Source of the DNA: Firmicutes bacterium ADurb.Bin193
Lineage (GTDB): Bacteria; Bacillota; Clostridia; Monoglobales; Firm-18
DNA length: 64,000 bases
Direction of reading: 5' to 3'
Assembly (NCBI GenBank): GCA_002070105.1
Contig: MWCQ01000001.1
Location: 202,253 to 266,252, forward strand
Under the pieces are notes generated by a model, which was given only the letters and a program-made list of their open reading frames with translations, was not told where the DNA came from and made no database searches. Below are positions 56,951 to 64,000 of this stretch, piece after piece (the stretch's first letter is position 1; each line of letters starts with the position of its first letter). The position numbers and the translations under genes were made by a program.

Positions 56951-57263
56951 TAAATCTTAAAATTTGTTTGAAAATATATTCATATTTTTATGAGTATATG
57001 GAAAAATAAGTATGACTATTAGTTTTATTGAGGAAATGTCGGGTGTTAAACCTACCGAACTAATATGAAAAGACCTGCCTTCAGTAATTTATTCTCGATA
57101 GTTAAAAACCACTTGATAACATAATTTAATATGCTCTATTCTATTCGGGTGGTTTTTTCTATATAAATCTCATCAAAAGAAAAGTGTTGCGTTGCTTGTG
57201 ACGCAAAATTACACACCCATAAGTTTTGCACGCAACAAAAGTCTAATCAAAGGAGGGAAAAAC

Positions 57264-57503
57264 ATGAAATCTACAGGTATTGTAAGGAAAGTCGATGAAC
57301 TGGGCAGAATCGTTCTCCCCATCGAGCTTAGGCGAACCCTCGGGATAGATATAAAGGATTCGCTTGAGATTGCTGTCAACGGGCAACAGATCATTCTTCA
57401 AAAGTATGAACCCGCTTGCATTTTTTGCGGTAACGCTAAGGATGTTATGACCTTTAAAGAAAAGAAGGTATGTCCTAAATGTGTCGCAGAAATAGGTAAA
57501 TAA
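57264..57503 (+). CDS. abrB: AbrB-family transition-state regulator with a C-terminal Cys4 tail
   Basis: MKSTGIVRKVDELGRIVLPIELRRTLGI (SpoVT/AbrB swapped-hairpin domain), then CIFCG...CPKC. AGGAGGG lies 6 nt before the ATG. Confidence 0.9.
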   Translation: MKSTGIVRKVDELGRIVLPIELRRTLGIDIKDSLEIAVNGQQIILQKYEPACIFCGNAKDVMTFKEKKVCPKCVAEIGK

Positions 57504-57538
57504 ATTTTTACATCTCATATATTTTTCATGTACATTTC

Positions 57539-57567
57539 TTGACAAAATATTTTGATGGTGTTACAAT
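57539..57567 (+). promoter_or_regulatory. candidate sigma-A promoter upstream of marR
   Basis: TTGACA, 17-nt spacer ending in TGT, TACAAT (57562-57567). Confidence 0.45.
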
Positions 57568-57569
57568 TA

Positions 57570-57607
57570 GTTAGACGGCTAATTATTAGCCCTCTAACTT
57601 TTTTTTT
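57570..57607 (+). terminator. 29-bp near-perfect palindrome plus T9: abrB terminator and/or MarR operator
   Basis: GTTAGACGGCTAAT-T-ATTAGCCCTCTAAC has 13 of 14 positions complementary. It is followed by TTTTTTTTT (57599-57607). Confidence 0.6.
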
Positions 57608-57622
57608 GCTTCGGAAGAGGTG

Positions 57623-58087
57623 ATGGATATAAATAACAAGGATAATATCAACGGAAAGCTCTGTCGGATGCTGCTTTATATCCCCAGGCTTTATAGGGCT
57701 ATTATGAGCGAGCGGATTGCGGAATTCGGGCTTTTTGCTAATCAACCTCCCATTCTTCATTTTATCTCAAAAAAAGGTTCTTTAACGCAAAAAGAGCTTG
57801 CCGACGAGTTTTTGGTCGCCCCACCGACGATGACCGACACGATTCAGCGACTTGAAAAGGCGGGCTACATAAAAAGACAGCCCGATAAAAACGATGCCCG
57901 TGTTATGCGGGTTTGTCTTACGCCCAAGGGCGATGAAATAAGGCAAAAGACGAGCAGCCATTTTCAAAGCGTTGCGGCGGGGCTTTTGGATGACTTCAGC
58001 CCTGAAGAAAAGGAGCGGCTTTTACTGCTCCTTTGCAGGATCACAGAGAACCTTGAGAGGATGCGCCAGAATGATAAAACTACTTAA
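57623..58087 (+). CDS. MarR family transcriptional regulator
   Basis: wHTH region LTQKELADEFLVAPPTMTDTIQRLEKAGYIKRQPDKNDARV. The start is either GTG 57620 or ATG 57623. Confidence 0.85.
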   Translation: MDINNKDNINGKLCRMLLYIPRLYRAIMSERIAEFGLFANQPPILHFISKKGSLTQKELADEFLVAPPTMTDTIQRLEKAGYIKRQPDKNDARVMRVCLTPKGDEIRQKTSSHFQSVAAGLLDDFSPEEKERLLLLLCRITENLERMRQNDKTT

Positions 58088-59801
58088 ATATATGAAACCC
58101 TATGTGAAATATGCGGTTGCCGCGCCTCTTTTAATGCTTTCGGAGGTCATCCTTGAGCTTCAGCAGCCGCGGCTTATGGGAAACATTATCGACATAGGCA
58201 TTGCAAACGGGGATATGAGATATATCATAATCACGGGGCTTAAGATGGTGGGAATCGCACTGCTTCTTTCATTTGGGACGGGAGGCTGTGTTTACTTTGC
58301 CGCAAAAGCATCCCAGTACTTCAGCAATGACCTTCGGACGGCATTGTTTGAGAAAATTCAGTCATTCTCCTTTTCGAGCATTGACCATTTCCGCCCCGCT
58401 TCGCTTATTACCCGAATTACAAACGATGTTGCACAGCTTCAGCACCTTGTTGTTTTGGGGCTTAGAATGATGACCCGCGCACCCCTTATCTGTATTGGCG
58501 GGTTTATAATGGCGGCGAGCCTTAACTTTAAGCTGGCTTTGATTCTTGCGGTCGTTTTGCCCATACTTATCGGGCTTATAATCTTTATAATCGGAAAAAG
58601 CTTTCCGCTTTATAAAGTTGTGCAGGAAAAGCTCGACCGCGTTAACTCGGTTATGAGGGAGAATTTAAGCGGAGTGCGCGTGATCAAGGCGTTTGTGCGT
58701 TTTGACTATGAAAAAAAGAGGTTCGCAGGCGCAAATGACGAGCTTATGGAAATCAGTATGCGGGCGGGAAAACTTATTGCGTGGGCAAGCCCTATTATGA
58801 TGATTGTTATGAACGCCACGATTGTTGCGGTTTTGTGGTTCGGCGGCTATCTTTTGAGGGCGGGCGAGCTTAATATCGGTAAAATCGTCGCATTTATAAA
58901 TTATTCCACACAAATGCTTCACGCCTTCACAATGCTTGCCTTCGGCTTTATCTTTATTTCAAGGGCGCAGGCATCCACGGTGAGGATTATTGAGGTTTTA
59001 GACCATAAGGATGATATGCCCCGCAGTGAATCTCCGGTAAAAGACGAGATTAAAAACGGAATTATAAGTTTTGAGGGCGTATCGTTTAAGTACAGCCCTG
59101 AGGACAAGGAAAACACTCTTGATAATATAAACCTTACCATAAAACCGGGCGAAACCGTAGCAATCCTCGGCGAAACGGGGTCAGGCAAGACAACGCTTGT
59201 AAGCCTTATTCCAAGGCTGTATGATGTAACCGAAGGCAGGGTTACAATAGACGGAATTGATGTAAGGGACTATGATTGTAATACCCTTCGCTCCGCAATC
59301 GGCATGGTATTGCAGGATACCGTCCTTTTCAGCGGCAGCGTAAGCGACAACATAAAATGGGGCAAGGCGGACGCAACGGACGAGGAGATTAGAAGGGCGG
59401 CGGAGATTTCACAGGCAAGCGAGTTTTTGGATACCGCAACCGAAGGGTATGAAACCGTTGTCGGTCAGCGCGGTGTCGGAATCTCCGGCGGTCAGAAGCA
59501 GAGGGTCTCGATAGCAAGGGCGGTTGTCAGGAATCCGAAAATTCTAATCCTTGACGACAGCACAAGCGCAATAGATGTTATGACGGAATATAAAATTCAA
59601 AATATGCTTAAGGAAAACCTTTCGGATACCACCTGTATAATAATAGCGCAGCGAATAAGCTCCGCTTTGGATGCCGACCGTATAATCGTTATGAAGGACG
59701 GAGCAATCGCCGAACAGGGAACACACAGCGAGCTTATTGCGCTCGGCGGTATTTATCTTGACATATATAAATCACAGCTCGGAACGGAGGGATTGGAATG
59801 A
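58071..59801 (+). CDS. ABC transporter permease/ATP-binding protein (exporter half-transporter)
   Basis: 6-TM domain followed by GETGSGKTT, LSGGQKQR (as ISGGQKQR) and ILILDD. I moved the start to ATG 58071 (MIKLLKYMKPY). Confidence 0.9.
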   Translation: MIKLLKYMKPYVKYAVAAPLLMLSEVILELQQPRLMGNIIDIGIANGDMRYIIITGLKMVGIALLLSFGTGGCVYFAAKASQYFSNDLRTALFEKIQSFSFSSIDHFRPASLITRITNDVAQLQHLVVLGLRMMTRAPLICIGGFIMAASLNFKLALILAVVLPILIGLIIFIIGKSFPLYKVVQEKLDRVNSVMRENLSGVRVIKAFVRFDYEKKRFAGANDELMEISMRAGKLIAWASPIMMIVMNATIVAVLWFGGYLLRAGELNIGKIVAFINYSTQMLHAFTMLAFGFIFISRAQASTVRIIEVLDHKDDMPRSESPVKDEIKNGIISFEGVSFKYSPEDKENTLDNINLTIKPGETVAILGETGSGKTTLVSLIPRLYDVTEGRVTIDGIDVRDYDCNTLRSAIGMVLQDTVLFSGSVSDNIKWGKADATDEEIRRAAEISQASEFLDTATEGYETVVGQRGVGISGGQKQRVSIARAVVRNPKILILDDSTSAIDVMTEYKIQNMLKENLSDTTCIIIAQRISSALDADRIIVMKDGAIAEQGTHSELIALGGIYLDIYKSQLGTEGLE

Positions 59802-61609
59802 CTCCGAGAATACCGATGGGACAGGGCAGAATGAGACACGGTCAGCCTGCTTCAAAGGCAAAGAACACAAAGCAGACTCTTTTAAGAATATGGCGGTATA
59901 TAAGAAAGCAATGGGTATCGCTTATCATTGTTTCCTCAACGGTAATTTTAAGCTCGGTTGCAAGCGTGGTCGGTACATATCTTATCGGAATTGCAATTGA
60001 CAAATATGTGGTAAATTTCGATATTATCGGGCTTACAAGATTTTCGTTTTTTCTTATGGGCGTTTACCTTGTTTCCGCTGTTTCAACGCTTCTTCAATCC
60101 CGTATTATGGTTAATGTGGCGCAAAAGGCGGTTGCCGATATCCGGCGCGACCTTTTTGAGTCGCTTCAAAACCTCCCGCTTTCCTTTTTTGACAGCCGTC
60201 CGCACGGAGAGCTTATGAGCAAGCTTACAAACGATGTTGACAACATGGGTCAAACCTTAAACCAATCGCTTGTAAACTTTATATCAAGCCTTCTTACCAT
60301 TACCATGACGCTTTTTACAATGATTGCAATAAGCCCTCCGCTTGCCGTCGTTACTGTTTTGATTATACCCGCAAGTATGCTGATTACCAGACTGATAATC
60401 AAATACACACGCATTTATTATTTAAAACAGCTTGAGGATTTGGGAGAGCTTAACGGAATAATCGAGGAGACAATAAGCGGTCAGAAGGTTGTAAAGGTTT
60501 TCGGACAGGAAAAAGCGGTTATAGAAAAATTTAAAAAGAAAAATGACGAGCTTCGGACCTCCGGCGTTAAGGCGATGACATTGTCCGGTATGATTATGCC
60601 CGCAATGGGCTCGCTTAACAATTTAAGTTTTGCGCTTATCGCACTTACAGGAGGCTGGCTTCTTCTTAAAGGATTCGGCGGGCTTACAATCGGAAGGGTT
60701 GCGAATATGCTTACCTATTCAAAGCAGTTCGGCCGCCCCATTAACGAGATTGCAACCCTGTTTAACACCATTCAGTCGGCAATCGCCGGCGCGGAGAGGG
60801 TTTTTGAGGTTATGGACGAACCGAAAGAGCCTGTTGACGGAAAACTCATAAACAAGGATGAGTTTAAGGGGAATGTGGTATTTGACAATGTGACCTTTGC
60901 TTACAAAAAGGGCGAAAATGTTTTGGAAAATGTTAATATAACCGCTAAGCCCGGAAGCATAGTCGCACTTGTAGGCCCGACAGGTGCGGGCAAAACCACC
61001 ATTGTAAACCTTTTAACGCGGTTTTATGATGTTGACGAGGGAGCAATCCTGATCGACGGCGACGACATACGCACGCTTGACCGGAGTTCGCTTCGGCAAA
61101 GACTCGGAATGGTGCTTCAGGACACCTATCTGTTTTCGGCTTCGATACGCGAAAATATAAGGTACGGGCGGCTTGATGCCACGGATGAGGAGGTTGAAAA
61201 TGCCGCAAGGCTTGCGAATGTTCACAGGTTTATCTCGCACCTTCCCGAAGGGTATGATACGATTATTTCCGACTCCGGTGAGGGCTTAAGTCAGGGACAG
61301 CGCCAGCTTATCGCAATCGCTCGGGTCATTTTGGCCGACCCGTCAATACTTATCCTTGACGAGGCAACCTCAAGCATTGATACACGAACGGAAAAGCACA
61401 TCCAGCAGGCTCTTTTGACGCTTATGAAGGGCAGAACAAGCTTTGTTATCGCCCACCGTTTAAGCACCATAAGGGATGCGGACGAAATTTTGGTTATAAA
61501 CAACGGGCGAATCATAGAGCGCGGAAATCACAAATCCCTTTTCGAGCAGGGTGGTTTTTACTACGGGCTTTACACAAGCCAGTTTAAGAGGATAAACGGG
61601 ATAAACTGA
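59798..61609 (+). CDS. ABC transporter permease/ATP-binding protein (partner half-transporter)
   Basis: GPTGAGKTT, LSQGQRQL, ILILDEATS. ATGA overlap with the upstream ABC gene. Confidence 0.9.
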   Translation: MTPRIPMGQGRMRHGQPASKAKNTKQTLLRIWRYIRKQWVSLIIVSSTVILSSVASVVGTYLIGIAIDKYVVNFDIIGLTRFSFFLMGVYLVSAVSTLLQSRIMVNVAQKAVADIRRDLFESLQNLPLSFFDSRPHGELMSKLTNDVDNMGQTLNQSLVNFISSLLTITMTLFTMIAISPPLAVVTVLIIPASMLITRLIIKYTRIYYLKQLEDLGELNGIIEETISGQKVVKVFGQEKAVIEKFKKKNDELRTSGVKAMTLSGMIMPAMGSLNNLSFALIALTGGWLLLKGFGGLTIGRVANMLTYSKQFGRPINEIATLFNTIQSAIAGAERVFEVMDEPKEPVDGKLINKDEFKGNVVFDNVTFAYKKGENVLENVNITAKPGSIVALVGPTGAGKTTIVNLLTRFYDVDEGAILIDGDDIRTLDRSSLRQRLGMVLQDTYLFSASIRENIRYGRLDATDEEVENAARLANVHRFISHLPEGYDTIISDSGEGLSQGQRQLIAIARVILADPSILILDEATSSIDTRTEKHIQQALLTLMKGRTSFVIAHRLSTIRDADEILVINNGRIIERGNHKSLFEQGGFYYGLYTSQFKRINGIN

Positions 61610-61622
61610 AAGTTGTATAAAA

Positions 61623-61646
61623 AAGAAGGGCATGAAAACCCTTCTT
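61623..61646. terminator. bidirectional terminator between the ABC gene and ytxC
   Basis: AAGAAGGG-CATGAAAA-CCCTTCTT, flanked by an A-run and TTTATTTT. Confidence 0.65.
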
Positions 61647-61651
61647 TTATT

Positions 61652-62449
61652 TTAATTCTTTTCGCAAAGCGAACAGCCGTCGCACAGAGTGATACATTTA
61701 TGGAAAACCTGCTTTATTGTCTTTAAAAGCTCTTCGTTTTCTATCCGCTCCGGCTTGTGAATACACACCCTTCTCGGAGCGATTGATATCAGTGCGCTTA
61801 TGAGAAGGTCGTCGGAGTTTATAAACCCTCCGCCCGTGTCGCGCATAAATTCCTTGGTGCACCTTGCCGTTACATCGGTCCCCGTATCGTCGTATAGGCT
61901 GTATCCCTCGACGGCGGGGACGATGTTTATAAATTCATACTTTGGCGTTTGTATATCCACAAAGTACTTTAATAGCTTTATAAACTCCTTATATTCCTTT
62001 TCTACCATAAAGTCGTCGACTGCCTTGTCGATTATCCCTTCAAGCTCATTTTGATAATCCTTAAGCCTGAAATTTACAAAGCCGTCTATCATTACAAGGT
62101 CCGTCGTTTCAAGATACTCCCTAAGCTTTGCGCTGACAAGCTCGTTGTATGCGTTTTCGTGGTCTGTGTAGTTAATCGCCTTTTCAAAAATATTTCTTTT
62201 GTCGGGCAGGTTAAAATAAAAATAGTTTTGATTTATAAGTTTTGAGATAAGTTTATCCTCATATTCCTCAACAATCGTTTTCGATATTGCATCAACTATT
62301 TTTCCCTTGCTTTCCTTGTCCGTACTGGTTAGCATAACCGAGTTTTCGTCGGTAACAACACCGACCTCACTTCCGAACTCCTCGGATATTTTTCTCAAAA
62401 GTGTATCGCGCATTGCCTTTGTATCTGTAATTATCGAGAATTGTTCCAA
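61652..62449 (-). CDS. ytxC: sporulation protein YtxC-like
   Basis: FVNFRLKDYQNELEGIIDKAVDDFMVEKEYKEFIKLLKYFVDIQ resembles the YtxC family core. TTG start lies 5 nt after AGGAAGTG. Confidence 0.65.
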   Translation of the reverse strand: MEQFSIITDTKAMRDTLLRKISEEFGSEVGVVTDENSVMLTSTDKESKGKIVDAISKTIVEEYEDKLISKLINQNYFYFNLPDKRNIFEKAINYTDHENAYNELVSAKLREYLETTDLVMIDGFVNFRLKDYQNELEGIIDKAVDDFMVEKEYKEFIKLLKYFVDIQTPKYEFINIVPAVEGYSLYDDTGTDVTARCTKEFMRDTGGGFINSDDLLISALISIAPRRVCIHKPERIENEELLKTIKQVFHKCITLCDGCSLCEKN

Positions 62450-63201
62450 TCTATCACTTCCTGTTTAATAGGCACAACAGAGCCTATATCAATAAGGCCT
62501 CCGCTGCAAAGTGACACGACATCAACCGAATGGCTTTTTGCGAAGGCTTTTATTTCTTTGTAGCTCGGATGCTTTTCAATATTTCCGCAAAACGCAAGTA
62601 CTTCGGGCGATATAAGCCCGCAGGTTCCGCCTATGAAACCGCGCTCCTCGCCGCCGAGCATTACCGCGCCTTTTTCTATCATAAGAACCTCAATCCCTCT
62701 TTCCCGAAGCGGCTTAAAAAGCCCGGGGTCAGAGGTAATTACGGCGTTTTTATTTACTATGCAAAGGGCACATTTAGTATATCCCTGCGCAACATCAATT
62801 ATACCGCACTCGCTTTGCTTTATGCGGCTTAAAATTTCGCTGTCGGTATGGGATGTTTTGTGAACGGCAAATGATGCAACCCTTGCTACATTATATGCAA
62901 TATCATTCGGGTAGTTACCCGACAAAACCGTACTGCCGCAAATAATCTCAAAGCCTAACGGAGAAAGTTTTTCCCTGTAGTATTCAAAGGCTGTCGGCTC
63001 GCATACCAGAGTGTTTTTCCCGATATGAAAAATCTGCATATCGGGGTGGGTGGAAACACATTCCGAAACCGCAACCTTTGTTGACGGTATTGCGGTTATT
63101 TTCAGTTTTTTAAGATTTTCCAGAAATTCCGGGGGAGAATTTTTGTCAACGATGACATGAGTAACCCTGCCGGACGGTAAAAACGAAACTTCTATGAACA
63201 T
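62431..63201 (-). CDS. hypothetical protein with a pentein/amidinotransferase-like C-terminal Cys motif
   Basis: I moved the start to ATG 63201 (MFIEVSFLPSG); ATG 63219 is also possible. The motif ERGFIGGTCGLI resembles the catalytic-Cys loop of guanidino-modifying enzymes. Confidence 0.55.
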   Translation of the reverse strand: MFIEVSFLPSGRVTHVIVDKNSPPEFLENLKKLKITAIPSTKVAVSECVSTHPDMQIFHIGKNTLVCEPTAFEYYREKLSPLGFEIICGSTVLSGNYPNDIAYNVARVASFAVHKTSHTDSEILSRIKQSECGIIDVAQGYTKCALCIVNKNAVITSDPGLFKPLRERGIEVLMIEKGAVMLGGEERGFIGGTCGLISPEVLAFCGNIEKHPSYKEIKAFAKSHSVDVVSLCSGGLIDIGSVVPIKQEVIDWNNSR

Positions 63202-63356
63202 ATTATCCGAACCTTTCATAATATGATAGTGGGCATCCCCCCCTGTTCCCGATCGGTTGGCTATATGTAGGGCCTGCCGGTTGTTAATATAAATAGCGCA
63301 ACAAAAATGAATTTTTGTTGCGCTAATTGTGAAAAATAACATCGGAGGTATGCCAA

Positions 63357-63509
63357 ATGACAAATATTAATTGTTCGAGCGATTGTATTTATCAAAAGGA
63401 TGGGAAATGTAAGCTTGAAAGTGTAACAGCAATGGCAGTCACACCGGACAACACTTGCGCTTACTATGCGAAAGAGAAAAACACCATCAACAAAAAGTAT
63501 ACCACATAG
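63357..63509 (+). CDS. 50-aa Cys-containing small protein (DUF1540-like pattern; not in the ORF track)
   Basis: GGAGG lies 8 nt before the ATG. Translation: MTNINCSSDCIYQKDGKCKLESVTAMAVTPDNTCAYYAKEKNTINKKYTT. Confidence 0.45.
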   Translation: MTNINCSSDCIYQKDGKCKLESVTAMAVTPDNTCAYYAKEKNTINKKYTT

Positions 63510-63577
63510 TACCGTAATATTGGCTTTGCACTTCGTTCTCAACAAAGCCGCGCGGCTAACCGAAAACTGCATACTAC

Positions 63578-63606
63578 AAAGCAGGCCCCTATGGGGCTTG
63601 TTTTGT
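63578..63606. terminator. bidirectional terminator between the small ORF and gatB
   Basis: AAAGCAGGCCCC-TAT-GGGGCTTGTTTT forms a 12-bp stem including G-U pairs. Confidence 0.6.
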
Positions 63607-63627
63607 TTCAGATGTTTAAAAATAAAT

Positions 63628-64000
63628 CTAAATCTTGTCAAGCTCCTCTTTCAAAAGGGTGTTCAATAGCTGAGGATTGCCCTGTCCCTTTGTTGCGCGC
63701 ATTGTCTGACCGACCAAAAACCCTAACGCCTTTTCCTTACCTGCCTTGTAGTCCGAAACCGACTGCGGATTGGCTTCTATCACTTCGCGCACCGACTTTA
63801 GCAAAGCGCCCTTGTCGCTTATCTGTGCAAGGTTCTTTTCCTTTACAATGATGTCGGGATCCCGCGGGTTTATAAAAAGCTCTTCAACAACCTTTTTGCC
63901 CGCCGTGTTGCTTATAGTACCGTCGTCAATTATTTGGGTAAGCCTTGCCAGATGGGCGGGAGTAAACGGAATCTGCGAAGGCTCAAGCGACTTTTCGTTA
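63628..64000 (-). CDS. gatB: Asp/Glu-tRNA(Asn/Gln) amidotransferase subunit B, C-terminal part (5' end outside the window)
   Basis: Hand translation: ...LARLTQIIDDGTISNTAGKKVVEELF...QSVSDYKAGKEKALGFLVGQTMRATKGQGNPQLLNTLLKEELDKI*, which is the GatB/YqeY domain. Confidence 0.85.
   Translation of the reverse strand, partial: NEKSLEPSQIPFTPAHLARLTQIIDDGTISNTAGKKVVEELFINPRDPDIIVKEKNLAQISDKGALLKSVREVIEANPQSVSDYKAGKEKALGFLVGQTMRATKGQGNPQLLNTLLKEELDKI

Overview
This 64-kb chromosomal window looks like it comes from a spore-forming, Clostridia-class Firmicute. Supporting genes are spmA/spmB, ytxC, abrB, murT/gatD and a single-chain purL. Bulk composition is about 50% GC, judged from hand-counted sample lines. 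I call about 53 protein-coding genes. I see no rRNA or tRNA, no CRISPR array, and no transposase or integrase.

Layout:
(i) 1-12.3 kb holds mixed accessory and envelope genes: a secreted esterase, a MATE exporter, GH3 plus beta-phosphoglucomutase, PutP, an operon of acyltransferase, lipoprotein D-Ala-D-Ala dipeptidase and lipoprotein, a hemerythrin, and a CE4 deacetylase.
(ii) 42.4 -> 12.5 kb is an uninterrupted ~30-kb minus-strand block. It contains an aminotransferase-like gene, purL, punA-ahcY-mtaD-tautomerase, guaA, an AEC permease, purE-C-F-M-N-H-D, ldh, an amidohydrolase, a 2653-aa cyclic beta-1,2-glucan-synthase-like giant, and malic enzyme.
(iii) Next come ychF, a short and very AT-rich islet, a P-type ATPase, murT-gatD, an ECF-S-like permease flanked by a GC-rich hairpin repeat family, a DtxR-family regulator, metK, and a topoisomerase A subunit.
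(iv) The last part is sporulation-linked: a small Cys-rich peptide, spmAB, a promoter-driven ~250-nt non-coding structured region, abrB, marR plus a heterodimeric ABC exporter, ytxC, and gatB.

Best candidates for something undescribed:
- The AT-rich islet at 43.8-45.0 kb, which encodes a PD-(D/E)xK nuclease-like protein and a co-transcribed 32-aa hydrophobic peptide.
- The candidate structured RNA at 56.70-56.95 kb, which has a Spo0A-box on its promoter.
- The 104-bp tandem and dispersed hairpin repeats around 49.9 and 50.7 kb.

All functional names come from motif recognition by eye. No database search or folding program was available.
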